A stretch of DNA of 64,000 bases from an uncultured Eubacteriales bacterium (lineage in GTDB: Bacteria; Bacillota; Clostridia; Oscillospirales; Acutalibacteraceae): NCBI GenBank assembly GCA_964627535.1, contig CAZVJW010000007.1:3144-67143 (forward strand). The letters run 5' to 3'. A program made the translations under genes and the position numbers. Positions 45,033 to 56,011 of the stretch are shown piece by piece (position 1 is the first letter of the stretch; each line of letters opens with the position of its first letter). The notes under the pieces were generated by a model, which was given only the letters and a program-made list of their open reading frames with translations, searched no databases and was not told the origin of the DNA.

Positions 45033-45692
45033 TTACAGTATTTGCGTTTTCTTGTGTACGCCCGTTTCGAAAAACTCCACCCATTCGCAAATATTTTCTG
45101 CATGGTCTCCGATGCGCTCCAGGTATTTCGCGATCATCATGCTGTCAATCGCAATATCTGCCATGTCTGGGTTGCTTTTCAGGGTTGAGATTAAATCATC
45201 TTTCACAACATCGAAAAGGTCATCCACTTCATCGTCACGCTCAATTGTGCGCAAAGCCAGCTCAAGGTCGTCGTTAATAAAAGCAGTGATACTGTCATTA
45301 AGCATGCTGATGGCAATCTGTGCCATTTTCGGTATATGCGGGCAGTACTTATAAATATTGTTGTTGCCCAGACGAAGCGCAATATCCGCGATGTCGGCAG
45401 CCTGGTCCCCGACACGCTCCATATCCGTAATCATTTTCATCGCGGTTGAAATCGCGCGCAAATCCTTTGCAACCGGCTGCTGAAGCAAAAGCAGACGCAT
45501 GCAGCGCGCCTCAATCTGAGTTTCCAGCGCATCAACCGCTTTGTCGCCGGCGATAACGTCATTGGCGAGCGCTTGGTTTTCGGGTTCAAGCGCCTTGACC
45601 GATTTAGCAATTGCTTCCTCAATCATCGCCCCCATTTTTATAAGATCGGTATGCAGTTCCTCAAGCTCTCTGTCAAAATATACTCTGCTCAT
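45033..45692 (-). CDS. phoU: Phosphate signalling complex protein PhoU
   Basis: Two PhoU repeats. Start at internal ATG (MSRVYFDRELEELH..) with RBS AAAGGATG; the track start is 45734. Confidence 0.8.
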   Translation of the reverse strand: MSRVYFDRELEELHTDLIKMGAMIEEAIAKSVKALEPENQALANDVIAGDKAVDALETQIEARCMRLLLLQQPVAKDLRAISTAMKMITDMERVGDQAADIADIALRLGNNNIYKYCPHIPKMAQIAISMLNDSITAFINDDLELALRTIERDDEVDDLFDVVKDDLISTLKSNPDMADIAIDSMMIAKYLERIGDHAENICEWVEFFETGVHKKTQIL

Positions 45693-45785
45693 AAAAACAT
45701 CCTTTCGCTTTAAAAAGAATCTTTGTCTGTTCAACCATTGCCTTTATTATACATTTAATGGTATCAGCTGTAAATGTATCCGGTG

Positions 45786-46541
45786 TTAACCGAAACGGCC
45801 GGTAATATAATCTTCTGTCCTCTTATCTTTCGGGTTTGAAAAAATTCTTTTTGTCTCCTCAAACTCAACAACCTCTCCGACAAGAAAGAAAGCAGTGTAG
45901 TCGGATATTCTGGTTGCCTGCTGCATGTTATGCGTTACGATGACAACGGTGTAAAGTTTTGAAAGGTCCTCCATCAGTTCTTCTATTTTCATGGTTGAAA
46001 TGGGGTCGAGCGCGGAGGTGGGTTCGTCCATCAGCAGCACAACGGGTTCTACCGCCAAGGCTCTCGCAATGCACAGCCGCTGCTGCTGGCCGCCGGACAG
46101 GCTAAGCGCGGGCTTTTTTAATCTGTCCTTTACCTCGTCCCATAGCGCCGCGCCCTGTATGCTTTTTTCAACCAACTCATCAAGCACAAGCTTTGACTTT
46201 AAACCGTGTATCCTCGGGCCGTATGCCACATTGTCGTAAATGCTCATCGGAAACGGGTTCGGTTTTTGAAAAACCATACCGACTTTTTTGCGAAGCAGCG
46301 TTACATCAACTTTTTCTCCGTAAATATCTTCTCCGTCTAAAAAGACCTCACCGGTGATATTAACATCATCAACAAAATCCTGCATACGGTTAAGCACCTT
46401 GATAAAAGATGACTTCCCGCAGCCGGAAGGGCCGATTAACGCGGTTATTTTGTTTCTTTCAATCTCCATGGTGATATCTTTTAAAGCATGATTTTCGCCA
46501 TAGTAAAGATTTAGATTTTTTGTTGAAATAATACTATCCAT
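45786..46541 (-). CDS. pstB: Phosphate ABC transporter ATP-binding protein PstB
   Basis: Walker [25 protein letters not shown], 251 aa. Confidence 0.9.
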   Translation of the reverse strand: MDSIISTKNLNLYYGENHALKDITMEIERNKITALIGPSGCGKSSFIKVLNRMQDFVDDVNITGEVFLDGEDIYGEKVDVTLLRKKVGMVFQKPNPFPMSIYDNVAYGPRIHGLKSKLVLDELVEKSIQGAALWDEVKDRLKKPALSLSGGQQQRLCIARALAVEPVVLLMDEPTSALDPISTMKIEELMEDLSKLYTVVIVTHNMQQATRISDYTAFFLVGEVVEFEETKRIFSNPKDKRTEDYITGRFG

Positions 46542-46546
46542 TTCGG

Positions 46547-47419
46547 TCAGCCTCTTTTCATTTTGGAACTGATAAGTTTTGTAAGGGTGTTAATGCCTAA
46601 AACGATAACCATTAATACAACCGCAATTGCATAAACCTGCCCGTAATTAACACCGCGTGAAGCGTATTCATACATCTGTACAGTAAGGGTCGCGCCCGAG
46701 TGCATTGCATGCGTTATAATGTTTTTTGGAAGCTTTGCGCCAACGCCTGCCGTAAAAATAAGCGCTGCGGATTCGCCGACCATTCTGCCGATACTTAGTA
46801 TAATCGAAGTGATGATACCGGGCAAGGCACTCGGCAGAATAATGGTTCTGATCATGTACCATTTTGTCGCCCCCATCCCCAAGGCGCCTTCACGGTATAT
46901 TTGAGGCACGGTTTTAAGCGCTTCCTGTGTGGTGCGGATGATGATGGGCAGCACAATGATTGTTAACGTCAGCGCTCCGGTTAAAAGCGAATAACCGAGA
47001 TGAAGAATAGTTCCGAAGAAAATCGCGCCGAACAAACCGTAAACAATGGAAGGGATGCCGGAAAGGGTTTCGGTGGTAAATTCAATGAGCCTCACCAGTT
47101 TGCCCTTTTTAGCGTATTCGTTTAAAAAGATGGCCGAGCCGATTCCAATGGGGACAGCAATTATAAGAGTCAATACCACCACATAAAGCGTGTTAACAAT
47201 TGCGGGCAAAATACCGACGGTTTGTTTTAAACTGCTCGGCTCGGTGGAAAGAAACTTCCAGGTTATGCTCGGGACACCTTTGACTAAAATATATATGAAA
47301 ATTGAGGAAAGCAAGGCAACAGTAACTGCAGCGCTGAAGTATATCAAAAACTTTAAGACAGCATCTTTAGGGCGGAATTTCCTGCTGCTGTTCATGATGC
47401 TGTTATCCATCCCGCTCAC
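46547..47419 (-). CDS. pstA: Phosphate ABC transporter permease PstA
   Basis: Six TM helices, EAA-type loop; operon position. Confidence 0.85.
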   Translation of the reverse strand: MSGMDNSIMNSSRKFRPKDAVLKFLIYFSAAVTVALLSSIFIYILVKGVPSITWKFLSTEPSSLKQTVGILPAIVNTLYVVVLTLIIAVPIGIGSAIFLNEYAKKGKLVRLIEFTTETLSGIPSIVYGLFGAIFFGTILHLGYSLLTGALTLTIIVLPIIIRTTQEALKTVPQIYREGALGMGATKWYMIRTIILPSALPGIITSIILSIGRMVGESAALIFTAGVGAKLPKNIITHAMHSGATLTVQMYEYASRGVNYGQVYAIAVVLMVIVLGINTLTKLISSKMKRG

Positions 47420-48380
47420 CTCCTTTTTTAAGAATCAGGTTCAGGATAATGTTAATAACCATAACAAACACAAACAGAACAAGCCCCATCCCGAACAGTG
47501 CATCCCGGTGTATACCGGAGGCATAGTTCATGTCGGAGACGATACCGGTTGTTAAAAATTTTACACTGTTAAACGGCAATGGGAAGTTCGCGACATTGCC
47601 GGCAACAAGAATAATTGCCATTGCTTCCCCGACTGCTCTGCCGATTCCAAGAACAATTGAGGTAATAATACCCGATTTTGCGGTGGGGATAAGCACTTTA
47701 AAAATGGTTTGTATATGAGTAGCGCCGACGCCGAACGAAGCATCGCGATAATCTAAGGGGACTGCTCTGATTGAAGATTCGCTGACATTGATCACCGTTG
47801 GCAGAATCATTATCGCCAGAACAAGTACAGCTGCAATAAGGCTCGCACCGCCGGTAAATTGATGTGTTGCGGAGTTTTTAAAAACAGCAAGCTCAATTTC
47901 CGCAATAACCGGAACTAAAACGATAAGCCCGAGAAAACCGTAGATCACCGAGGGAATTCCCGCAAGGAGTTCAATCGCAGGCCTGACAATTTTATATAAA
48001 GGTTTAGGAGCGAGCTCCGCGAGAAAAACAGCTGTCAACACACCGATAGGCACACCTATAAGCACTGCAAGGAATGTACCGGTTAAAGAAGTTAAAATAA
48101 TCTTAAGTATCCCAAATTTCCCCGCGTTGGGGTCCCATATCGGGGAAAAAAGAAACTCCCGGACACCGACTTTTGAAAAGACAGGTGCCCCGGAAATGAT
48201 CATATAAACGGAAATTGTGGCAACAGCCAGCACCGCCACACTGCCGCACACAAAAAATATTAATTCCATTGTTTTTTCAACAAGCGATTTTGTTTTACTG
48301 GTTCCGATTATCGAAGATACGTGTTTTTCATCTTCTGCCTGCATATTAGACCTCCCGGAAGTGACTGAGGATAATTTCAC
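47403..48380 (-). CDS. pstC: Phosphate ABC transporter permease PstC
   Basis: TM permease; overlaps pstA by 17 nt; operon position. Confidence 0.85.
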   Translation of the reverse strand: MKLSSVTSGRSNMQAEDEKHVSSIIGTSKTKSLVEKTMELIFFVCGSVAVLAVATISVYMIISGAPVFSKVGVREFLFSPIWDPNAGKFGILKIILTSLTGTFLAVLIGVPIGVLTAVFLAELAPKPLYKIVRPAIELLAGIPSVIYGFLGLIVLVPVIAEIELAVFKNSATHQFTGGASLIAAVLVLAIMILPTVINVSESSIRAVPLDYRDASFGVGATHIQTIFKVLIPTAKSGIITSIVLGIGRAVGEAMAIILVAGNVANFPLPFNSVKFLTTGIVSDMNYASGIHRDALFGMGLVLFVFVMVINIILNLILKKGGERDG

Positions 48381-48467
48381 AAAAATCCAAGCTTGCCCTC
48401 AAGTTTTTACTCTCGAGGGCTTGCCATTATGGCTTTTTTCTGATAGCTACTGAGCGCGAAGTCTAAT

Positions 48468-49307
48468 CTAGTTAACTGATACGAACTTCTGGTCCGTTAC
48501 AATCTTTTGACCGTCTTCGCTGAGGATGAAACTGATGAACGCGGCAGCCGCAGCGCTTAAAGCGGTATCTTTTCTGTTGACGAGAAGGAATGGTCTGACC
48601 AGTGGATATGAACTGTCTTTCACGGATTCGACAGTAATCGCAATATTGTCAAGTGCAACTGTTTTAACGGTAGCATCTACTGCTTCGAACGAAACATATC
48701 CGATTGAATTCTTGGTGCTCTGAACAGTCGCTTTTACCGCACCGGTGCTGTCCTTTTCCTGAGCGTAAACCGCTTTCGGATTAGGGCTTTTTCCGTCAAT
48801 TTTCAGCAACTCTTCAAAAGCGCCTCTGGTTCCGGATGCCGCATCACGCCCGACAACAACGATTGCCCCGGCAGCTCCGCCGACTTCGGACCAGTCTTTA
48901 ACCGTTCCGGTGTAAATATCCTTTAACTGCTGTGTTGTAAGATTGTTGACCATGATATCATTATTAACAATGACAGCAATACCGTCATAAGCAATAATGG
49001 TTTCAGTTAGTCCGGTTTCTTCAGACTTCAGTTCTCTTGAGGACATGCCAAGATCAATCTTTTTTGCTATTGCGTCTGAAATACCGACGGAGGAGCCGCC
49101 TTCCTGAATATCAATCTGTACGCCGTCATTGATTTCCATATAGGCTTCGGCAAGGGCATCAGCTACAGGCTTTACTGAGGTTGAGCCGGAAAGTGTAATT
49201 GTGCCTGCAATTGAAGTGCCGTCAGTTGCTTTGCTGCAGCCGTAGAAAAGAGTGGTTGTGCCGATTGCTAGAACGAAAACGATTACCGATATAATGATTC
49301 TCTTCAT
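48468..49307 (-). CDS. pstS: Phosphate-binding lipoprotein PstS
   Basis: Start set at MKRIIISVIVFVLAIGTTTLFYGC (lipobox LFYGC, RBS AAGGAG); PBP domain ..TLSGSTSVKP... Confidence 0.85.
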   Translation of the reverse strand: MKRIIISVIVFVLAIGTTTLFYGCSKATDGTSIAGTITLSGSTSVKPVADALAEAYMEINDGVQIDIQEGGSSVGISDAIAKKIDLGMSSRELKSEETGLTETIIAYDGIAVIVNNDIMVNNLTTQQLKDIYTGTVKDWSEVGGAAGAIVVVGRDAASGTRGAFEELLKIDGKSPNPKAVYAQEKDSTGAVKATVQSTKNSIGYVSFEAVDATVKTVALDNIAITVESVKDSSYPLVRPFLLVNRKDTALSAAAAAFISFILSEDGQKIVTDQKFVSVN

Positions 49308-49374
49308 TTTCCCATCTCCTTTATTATTGTGTTTCAAGCGTACCACAATGACCGGATTGCCGAAATCAAAAAAA

Positions 49375-49403
49375 GGTAAAGCTTGTGTAAAGTTAAGGTA
49401 AAG
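49375..49403 (-). promoter_or_regulatory. Pho box: three CTTTAC(C/A) direct repeats at 11-bp spacing upstream of pstS
   Basis: Minus-strand CTTTACC-ttaa-CTTTACA-caag-CTTTACC, ~70 nt upstream of the pstS ATG. Confidence 0.6.
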
Positions 49404-49461
49404 CGGCGCAGCCATATGCCGGGCAGCAATTCTTTTATTATCCATATTATAAACCAAAATA

Positions 49462-49500
49462 CAAAAAATAGCCACCAAACTTGATTAAAAGCAGGTGGCT
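49462..49500 (-). terminator. Terminator of the lipase-like gene (agccacc...ggtggct + T-run on the minus strand)
   Basis: 7-bp stem with an A8 run on the plus strand. Confidence 0.45.
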
Positions 49501-49610
49501 GAAGATTGGCATTGTATTATCAATAAAAATTGGCAGCGATTTAGGAAAAACGGTATTTTGAATCATAAATGGTTATTGATTTCGGTTCGAAGCAGACTCC
49601 CAAATGACTT

Positions 49611-51191
49611 CTAAGCAACACTCTTTAGCATATTTACAATTTCGCTGATCTTCACAAAAACACTCCTGGCTTTTGTATAAAAAACGAATAAATTTGTCGA
49701 ATTATCTGAAATTTGGGGATTGTCTTTGAGGGCGGTAAGCGTTTTGCCTTTGTCATCGCTGGACATGAACTGTGGATATTTCGCAATTTCCCATATGTCG
49801 GGTTGGGTATCCTGTTCAAGCAGCCAAAAGATAAATTCGCTGTATTCCGAACCGTATGATGCCCCGACATGGGGTATGCTTTTGAAAAACCAGGTGTATT
49901 CCGGAAACATTGAGGTGGAAGCATCAATGATATGATCGGCCGACAGATGATTATGCCCTCCGCAATAGTTTTGCTGAACATAATCTTGTGGTAAAGTTGA
50001 GCCAACCGGTGCGCAGTGTGCGCCGCCGCTCGCGCAGGTTGTTTCAACCAAACCGTCATTTTGCGCTGTTGCCGAAGCGTACACCGGTATGGAATAAATG
50101 TTGTAATGCGCGGTAAAAGCAACCTTTGTGCCGTCGGTAATAATATCATCTATTATTTCCTTGGCTCTTTGGTGGATATTGTATTGAAAATCGTCAATCT
50201 TTGCTATGAGTTTGGCATTCTTAGTTTCATCCAGCATGATGCTTTTAGCGTATTCATATTGGTTGGTCTGAACAAATGACCACAATCCCGGCATTGTCAC
50301 CGCGATTTCTGTGAGAACATCGTCATAAAGCCTGTTCAACACAAAGTCAAGCGTGACTCCGGCAAACGACAATAATTTATCCAATTTACCAAGTTCAAAA
50401 AGCAAATCCAATACCGGTGCCAGGAAGGCGCGTTTGCCTCCTTCAAGCATATATTTTGCCATCGTTATAAGACTTTCAGTGTTAAGCATATACTCTCTTG
50501 CGAGAAGGTCACTGTCAAGAAGATTTCCGGTAAAAGCCGAACAGATAAACGCGCAGCTGTTAACATCTTCCCCGCCGTATTTGTTAAAATAGGCCATAAC
50601 CTGGGCACCCCCGAGGCTGCAGGCTGCCAGGTTGACTTTATCGTGTCCGGTTATTTGTTTAACGTTTTTTATAAACACATCCAGATCGTCAGCGTTGTCA
50701 AGCGGAGAAAAGCGCCAATCGTAGTTGAAGAAAAACACATGATCCCCACCGTAGCGGTCACTCGCGCTATCTAAAAGAGTGCGCCCGCCGTATTCCAAAT
50801 CTTTGAAGGTCATATCTGGATAATGATCAATTGAAAGGGGGAATTTTGGTGTCGTTGTTCCGTTTATCGGTGTGCCGTCCGGTTTAAACGCAATAGGAAA
50901 AAAGATGTTATAAGTGGTTTGTATGAGCAAATCGCTGAGAGCATCCCAATCTTTTTTAACGAGCGCGGCAGCGGCGGGCATCATTAAAGGCGTTAACATG
51001 TTCTTGTCCAGCGTAGGGGGGAAAACTTTGATTTCATTCCCGTTTTCATCTAAATAAAGCGGAAAGTTAGCCATACCGCTGATGACAATAAACGGGTAAT
51101 TGCCGCAATCACAGTACTCTGCCGCAAAGGCTGGCGTCTCGTATAAGATAATCATAATTAAAGCAAGGAAAACAGAGATTGTTTTTTTCAT
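49611..51191 (-). CDS. Secreted alpha/beta-hydrolase, LCAT/PGAP1-like lipase
   Basis: Signal peptide MKKTISVFLALIMIILYETPAFA; ..FFNYDWRFS.. (LCAT-type DWR motif) and elbow ..AACSLGGAQ.. Confidence 0.5.
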   Translation of the reverse strand: MKKTISVFLALIMIILYETPAFAAEYCDCGNYPFIVISGMANFPLYLDENGNEIKVFPPTLDKNMLTPLMMPAAAALVKKDWDALSDLLIQTTYNIFFPIAFKPDGTPINGTTTPKFPLSIDHYPDMTFKDLEYGGRTLLDSASDRYGGDHVFFFNYDWRFSPLDNADDLDVFIKNVKQITGHDKVNLAACSLGGAQVMAYFNKYGGEDVNSCAFICSAFTGNLLDSDLLAREYMLNTESLITMAKYMLEGGKRAFLAPVLDLLFELGKLDKLLSFAGVTLDFVLNRLYDDVLTEIAVTMPGLWSFVQTNQYEYAKSIMLDETKNAKLIAKIDDFQYNIHQRAKEIIDDIITDGTKVAFTAHYNIYSIPVYASATAQNDGLVETTCASGGAHCAPVGSTLPQDYVQQNYCGGHNHLSADHIIDASTSMFPEYTWFFKSIPHVGASYGSEYSEFIFWLLEQDTQPDIWEIAKYPQFMSSDDKGKTLTALKDNPQISDNSTNLFVFYTKARSVFVKISEIVNMLKSVA

Positions 51192-51229
51192 AGTATGTGT
51201 CCTTTCTGAGGTAAAAAAGCCTGTCCTTT

Positions 51230-52666
51230 TTAGCGGCGCTGACTATCCGCAATTTGAACTTTTAAAATATTTGTTGTGCCGCTGACACCAAGCGGGACAC
51301 CGCCGGTAATGACGACAAGGTCTCCGTTTTTAATAAGCTTGGCATCCAAAGCCCGTTCAACCACATGGTCGAAAAGATCATCTGTTGAACATTTTATATC
51401 GGCCATTATCGGGTATACCCCCCATGAAAGCGCGAGCTGGCGCCATACCGTTTGGTTAACCGCCGCTGCTATGATGGGGCAGTCGGGTCTGAATTTTGAA
51501 ACCATCCGCGCCGTATGCCCGGACTCTGTTACTGTAATAATGGCAGCTGCGTTCAGGTCGTGCGCCGTGGTGCAGGTTGCATGGCTGATAGCGTCTGTGG
51601 TGTTATGCATGGAAAAATTGTTTTCGTCAAATCTTTTCCGGTAATGAATATCACTCTCTGTTTTTTTGGCTATCTTAACCATTGTCTTAAGACTCTCAAC
51701 AGGATACTTGCCCGCTGCGGTTTCGCCGGAAAGCATGATAGCACTGGTACCGTCATAAATCGCGTTCGCCACATCCGTGGTTTCTGCCCTTGTCGGCCTC
51801 GGATTCCTCATCATTGAATCAAGCATCTGCGTCGCGACAATAACTCTTTTGCCGGCGGAATAGCATTTTTTGACAAGTGATTTTTGAATGCTTGGAAGGT
51901 TTTCAAAGGGTATTTCAACCCCCATGTCTCCTCTGGCCACCATGATACCGTCGCTGGCTGTAATGATTGCGTCTATATTGTCAACACCAAGCTGGCTTTC
52001 TATTTTTGCGATAACATTAATATGCGAGCCGTTGTGCTTGGCGAGGAAATCTTTCAGCTCCAAAACATTATCAGGTGAGCTGACGAATGATGCGGAAACA
52101 AAATCGATATCATGTTCGATCCCGAAAAGCAAATCGTCTCTGTCCTGCTGCCGCATATACGGGATATGAAGCATAACACCGGGAGCGTAGATGCTTTTTT
52201 GGTCCGAAATAGGGCCGCCGTTTACAACCGTGCAGATAATATTTTCGCTTTCTATGCGGTCGACAACCATTTCAAGCAGACCGTCATCTATTAAAATGGA
52301 ATTGCCCTTGCGCAAGTCATTGGGCAAACCCGCGTAACTGACGGATACCATCTCATTTGTTCCCTCAACCGCTTGCGTCGTTAAAGTAAACGTTTGACCC
52401 GTGACGATTTCTGTTTCTCCGTTTATAAAGGTTCCAATCCTGACTTCCGGCCCTTTTGTGTCAAGCATCAGTGCCACGGGGAAACTGTATTCGCTTCGTA
52501 TCCTTTTAAAGGTTTTTATTCTTTGTATGTGCTCGGGATAATCACCGTGAGAAAAATTCATTCTCGCGACATTCATCCCGGTTTTTATCAATGCTCGCAG
52601 CACGTCTTCATCGTCGGTCGCGGGGCCCAGGGTGCAAATAATTTTTGTTCTAAGCATAATCGTCAC
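51230..52666 (-). CDS. pyk: Pyruvate kinase
   Basis: ..KIICTLGPATDDEDVLRALIKTGMNVARMNFSHGDYPEH.., ..MVARGDMGVEIP.. Confidence 0.95.
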   Translation of the reverse strand: MTIMLRTKIICTLGPATDDEDVLRALIKTGMNVARMNFSHGDYPEHIQRIKTFKRIRSEYSFPVALMLDTKGPEVRIGTFINGETEIVTGQTFTLTTQAVEGTNEMVSVSYAGLPNDLRKGNSILIDDGLLEMVVDRIESENIICTVVNGGPISDQKSIYAPGVMLHIPYMRQQDRDDLLFGIEHDIDFVSASFVSSPDNVLELKDFLAKHNGSHINVIAKIESQLGVDNIDAIITASDGIMVARGDMGVEIPFENLPSIQKSLVKKCYSAGKRVIVATQMLDSMMRNPRPTRAETTDVANAIYDGTSAIMLSGETAAGKYPVESLKTMVKIAKKTESDIHYRKRFDENNFSMHNTTDAISHATCTTAHDLNAAAIITVTESGHTARMVSKFRPDCPIIAAAVNQTVWRQLALSWGVYPIMADIKCSTDDLFDHVVERALDAKLIKNGDLVVITGGVPLGVSGTTNILKVQIADSQRR

Positions 52667-52805
52667 TCCTTGTAAGTTGCATTGCTATTATAGTATAAAG
52701 AGGAGAAATTAGCAATTAATCAATTCAATTTTGTGCCACAAATAATCAATATAGAAAACGGAAGATTGATTTCGCGGCCAGACGAATTTTCACGGCCGTA
52801 TTTCC

Positions 52806-52834
52806 TTGACATTGTTTTATATGAAGGCTAAAAT
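52806..52834 (+). promoter_or_regulatory. Promoter TTGACA-17-TAAAAT upstream of the 52910 gene
   Basis: ccTTGACAttgttttatatgaaggcTAAAATatt. Confidence 0.45.
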
Positions 52835-52909
52835 ATTAAATCATAAAGCTATGCAAACGGTTTCAAGTTATCCCGCGTATTTCATGAAGTGATTGAATAA
52901 ATTTGGCAC

Positions 52910-54607
52910 ATGATTGCCGGAGGTGTTTATTTGGAATTATTCAATACAGTTCTTCGTTTAACGGATACCGCGGTACCGTATATTATTTCAATGCAGCAGA
53001 AAGACCCCGAAAACAGGGATTATAACGGACAAATCATTACGGGCAAAGGCTTTGCGGAACCCGGCGCTTCAAGCTCCGCAGCCGCTGCCTTGATAGCCGC
53101 GTATTTTTGCCCCGAATCAACGTACTTTCACCATGATGTTCTATTAACAAACGCAATAGATGCGCTTGTGTTTTTGCTTTCACGTTGCCATGATGACGGG
53201 TCATTGGATTTAATGGAGACAAACTTCCATGACTGCACCTGCAATGCTTTTGCGGTGCAGAGTATCGCTTACACATATCGTTTACTGGAAAAAGAAGCCA
53301 GAACCGCGCTTGAGCTGAAAGCCAAAGAACTTGTTTGGTCATTTTTGCAAACCTCCGCAAAAGCAATGCTGAACGGCGGCTTTCACACCCCGAACCACCG
53401 TTGGGTGATGGCCTCCGCGCTTTCGCTGTGCGCCAATATCCTGGGGGATGAACGCTGCTCGGTGATGGCAAAAACATATCTTTCCGAGGATGTGGACCAA
53501 AACAAAGAAGGGGACTACACCGAGCGCTCCGCGGGCGGATATGACGCCATATGTAATGAATCGCTTTGCATCCTTGCGGAGGAACTGCAGCTGCCGGAGC
53601 TTTACGGGTATGTAGAGCACAATTTGGAAAAAAGTCTGTACTACCTGGAACCGGATTTTACCGTTCTTACCTTGGCAAGCCGGCGCCAGGATTATGGCAA
53701 AGACATCGTTCCGGTCCGCAATTTTTTGCCCGCGCTTTTACTGTACCGCCGAAACGCAGATAAAAACGCCCTTGTTTTGGCAAATGCGTTGTTAAGACAG
53801 ATGGACGCGCTCGAGGTGAAGGCGGGACCGCCGGCAAAGAGGTTCGCATCGCTCAACCATCAGAATCTGTTAACCCGCTTATTATTAGATCCTGCGCTTG
53901 CCGACCTTTTGCCGCAAACCGGCACTATCCCCGTCCGATATGATAAACTGTTTGAGCTGGCGGGTATTGCACGGTACAGGCACGATGATTTTACGGTGAC
54001 TATCATCAGGGACAACCCGGCTTTGATTAAAATTCAAAACGGCTGCCTGAAAGCTGTTGTCCGCCTTGCGGCCAGCTTTTTCGGAAGAGGACAGATGAAA
54101 GCGCAGACAATCAAAAAAATCGACGGCGGTTACCGCTGCACATACGATGCCAAGCAGGGCTATGTCCGCCCGGTGGAAGACCTGCATGAAAAGGACTGGC
54201 AAGCAATTGACCACAGCAAGCGCGAAAAGGTAAATATACAGCATCTGTGTTATCAGGTTGATGTGTTCCCGGCGGGCAATTCGATCACAATGCAGGTGAA
54301 GGCAGCCGGCACACCGAATGTTCCGCTCAAACTTGAATTTGTTTTTGAAGAAGGCGGAATGCTTTATACCGAGCATACAACCCAGCCGGGGATGCCCGGG
54401 GGGTATGCGATTGTCGGCGAGGGTTTTTCATACGAACGCTGCGGCGAAAAGCTTTTGGTTGAAGGGGGCTTTAACTGTCACGAATACGCACCATTTATGC
54501 GTGGGTCTGAACCAATGCCGCAGAATTCTTTCTGTGTGTTTTGCACGGATTTTACCCCGGTGGATACCGAAATAAAAATAACCGCTCCACCGTTTGCCGA
54601 GATATAA
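52910..54607 (+). CDS. Hypothetical protein, 565 aa; possible heparinase II/III-like (alpha/alpha-toroid polysaccharide lyase) fold
   Basis: Weak resemblance only (..GGFHTPNHRWVMASAL..). First gene of a co-oriented block with URO-D-like, GRE and activase. Confidence 0.4.
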   Translation: MIAGGVYLELFNTVLRLTDTAVPYIISMQQKDPENRDYNGQIITGKGFAEPGASSSAAAALIAAYFCPESTYFHHDVLLTNAIDALVFLLSRCHDDGSLDLMETNFHDCTCNAFAVQSIAYTYRLLEKEARTALELKAKELVWSFLQTSAKAMLNGGFHTPNHRWVMASALSLCANILGDERCSVMAKTYLSEDVDQNKEGDYTERSAGGYDAICNESLCILAEELQLPELYGYVEHNLEKSLYYLEPDFTVLTLASRRQDYGKDIVPVRNFLPALLLYRRNADKNALVLANALLRQMDALEVKAGPPAKRFASLNHQNLLTRLLLDPALADLLPQTGTIPVRYDKLFELAGIARYRHDDFTVTIIRDNPALIKIQNGCLKAVVRLAASFFGRGQMKAQTIKKIDGGYRCTYDAKQGYVRPVEDLHEKDWQAIDHSKREKVNIQHLCYQVDVFPAGNSITMQVKAAGTPNVPLKLEFVFEEGGMLYTEHTTQPGMPGGYAIVGEGFSYERCGEKLLVEGGFNCHEYAPFMRGSEPMPQNSFCVFCTDFTPVDTEIKITAPPFAEI

Positions 54608-54682
54608 CATTCAGCTCAACATTTTATTTACAGATACTATTCACCATTTAGAAGACAGTATGATACGAAAGGAAAGAGTGAC

Positions 54683-55924
54683 ATGGATATCCCTAAACAA
54701 GACAAAGAAATCCTGCGAAAACTTGCCTCAAGGTATATGGAAATCGCATCCCTGCCCGTTCAGCGGGAGAAAATGGCGCTTTGGAAAGCGCTTAACCGCG
54801 GCAAAATGCAGCGTCCCATGGTGGTGCTCGACCAGCTTCCCTGGCATGAGCTGAACAATGAGGGGGAACTGACATGCCACGCGCAAAATTCTTTTTGCAA
54901 AGGGCTGGAATGGGATTTGCGCTCGACTATTTACAAATGGGAACATTTTCCCGTTGATATGGTCATTGAGCCGTTTATCACCATCCCGAAATCCATCATC
55001 AACAGCGGTTACGGCATCGGCGCCGATGAAGAAATTCTGCGTACCGATTTAACAGGTGGGATTGTTTCCCACCACTACAACAATCAGATTAAAACCGAAG
55101 AGGACATCGACAAAATTAAAGAAATGGTCATCATCCATAATGAAGATACCAGCAAGTATTATATGGAACAGGCACAGGATATTTTCAGCGGTATTGCGCC
55201 GGTGAGGCAAAGCGGCGGTTTGCAGTTGCATCTGGGTGTTTGGGACACGCTGTCGATGCTCATGGGTGTGGAGAACATCTATTTTGATTTGGTTGACCGG
55301 GCGGCGTTTATCCACAAAGCAATGGAGCGGATCACATCCTCCGTCATCGCGGGCATTGAGCAAATAAACAAACTAAAGATTTATGACGACAACGCCAACA
55401 CCTGCCATTGTTCCTATATTTATACCGACGAACTGCTGCCGGACTTCGGCGCGGGCAAGGGAATGACAACGCAAAACGGCTGGGCGTTCGGGCTCGCGCA
55501 ACTGTTCACTTCCGTCAGCCCCGCCTTTACCGAGGAGTTCGAGCTCCCGTACATCACACGCATGGCGGAGCATTTCGGCATGATTTACTACGGCTGCTGT
55601 GACCGGCTGGACGACCGCCTGGATCTGGTGAAAAAAATCCCGCATGTCAAAAAGGTATCCTGCAGCCCGTGGAGCAACCGCGATGTTTTTGCGGAAAAAA
55701 TCGGACCGGAACTTGTGATGTCCAACAAACCGACCCCCGCGTTTGCAGCCGAAGATACTTTTGAGCCGGAAGCGGTCCGCAAAGATTTGGAACTGACGAT
55801 AGCCGCCGCGAAACGAAATGGGGCCAATCTGGAGTTTATCCTCAAGGATATTTCCACCGTAAAGTACCATCCGGAGCGCCTGACCGAATGGGCGAACATC
55901 GCGATGGATGTAGTTATGAGCTAA
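54683..55924 (+). CDS. Uroporphyrinogen-decarboxylase (URO-D/MtaA-like) family protein
   Basis: 413 aa; second URO-D-family paralogue in the window; 88 nt upstream of the GRE gene. Confidence 0.6.
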   Translation: MDIPKQDKEILRKLASRYMEIASLPVQREKMALWKALNRGKMQRPMVVLDQLPWHELNNEGELTCHAQNSFCKGLEWDLRSTIYKWEHFPVDMVIEPFITIPKSIINSGYGIGADEEILRTDLTGGIVSHHYNNQIKTEEDIDKIKEMVIIHNEDTSKYYMEQAQDIFSGIAPVRQSGGLQLHLGVWDTLSMLMGVENIYFDLVDRAAFIHKAMERITSSVIAGIEQINKLKIYDDNANTCHCSYIYTDELLPDFGAGKGMTTQNGWAFGLAQLFTSVSPAFTEEFELPYITRMAEHFGMIYYGCCDRLDDRLDLVKKIPHVKKVSCSPWSNRDVFAEKIGPELVMSNKPTPAFAAEDTFEPEAVRKDLELTIAAAKRNGANLEFILKDISTVKYHPERLTEWANIAMDVVMS

Positions 55925-56011
55925 AACAACAAATGCATGTGCGGATTTCTCGAATACTTGCATGAATAATAACTGTTAAAATCTGTTCCAATTTAAAAAA
56001 GGAAATATAAA

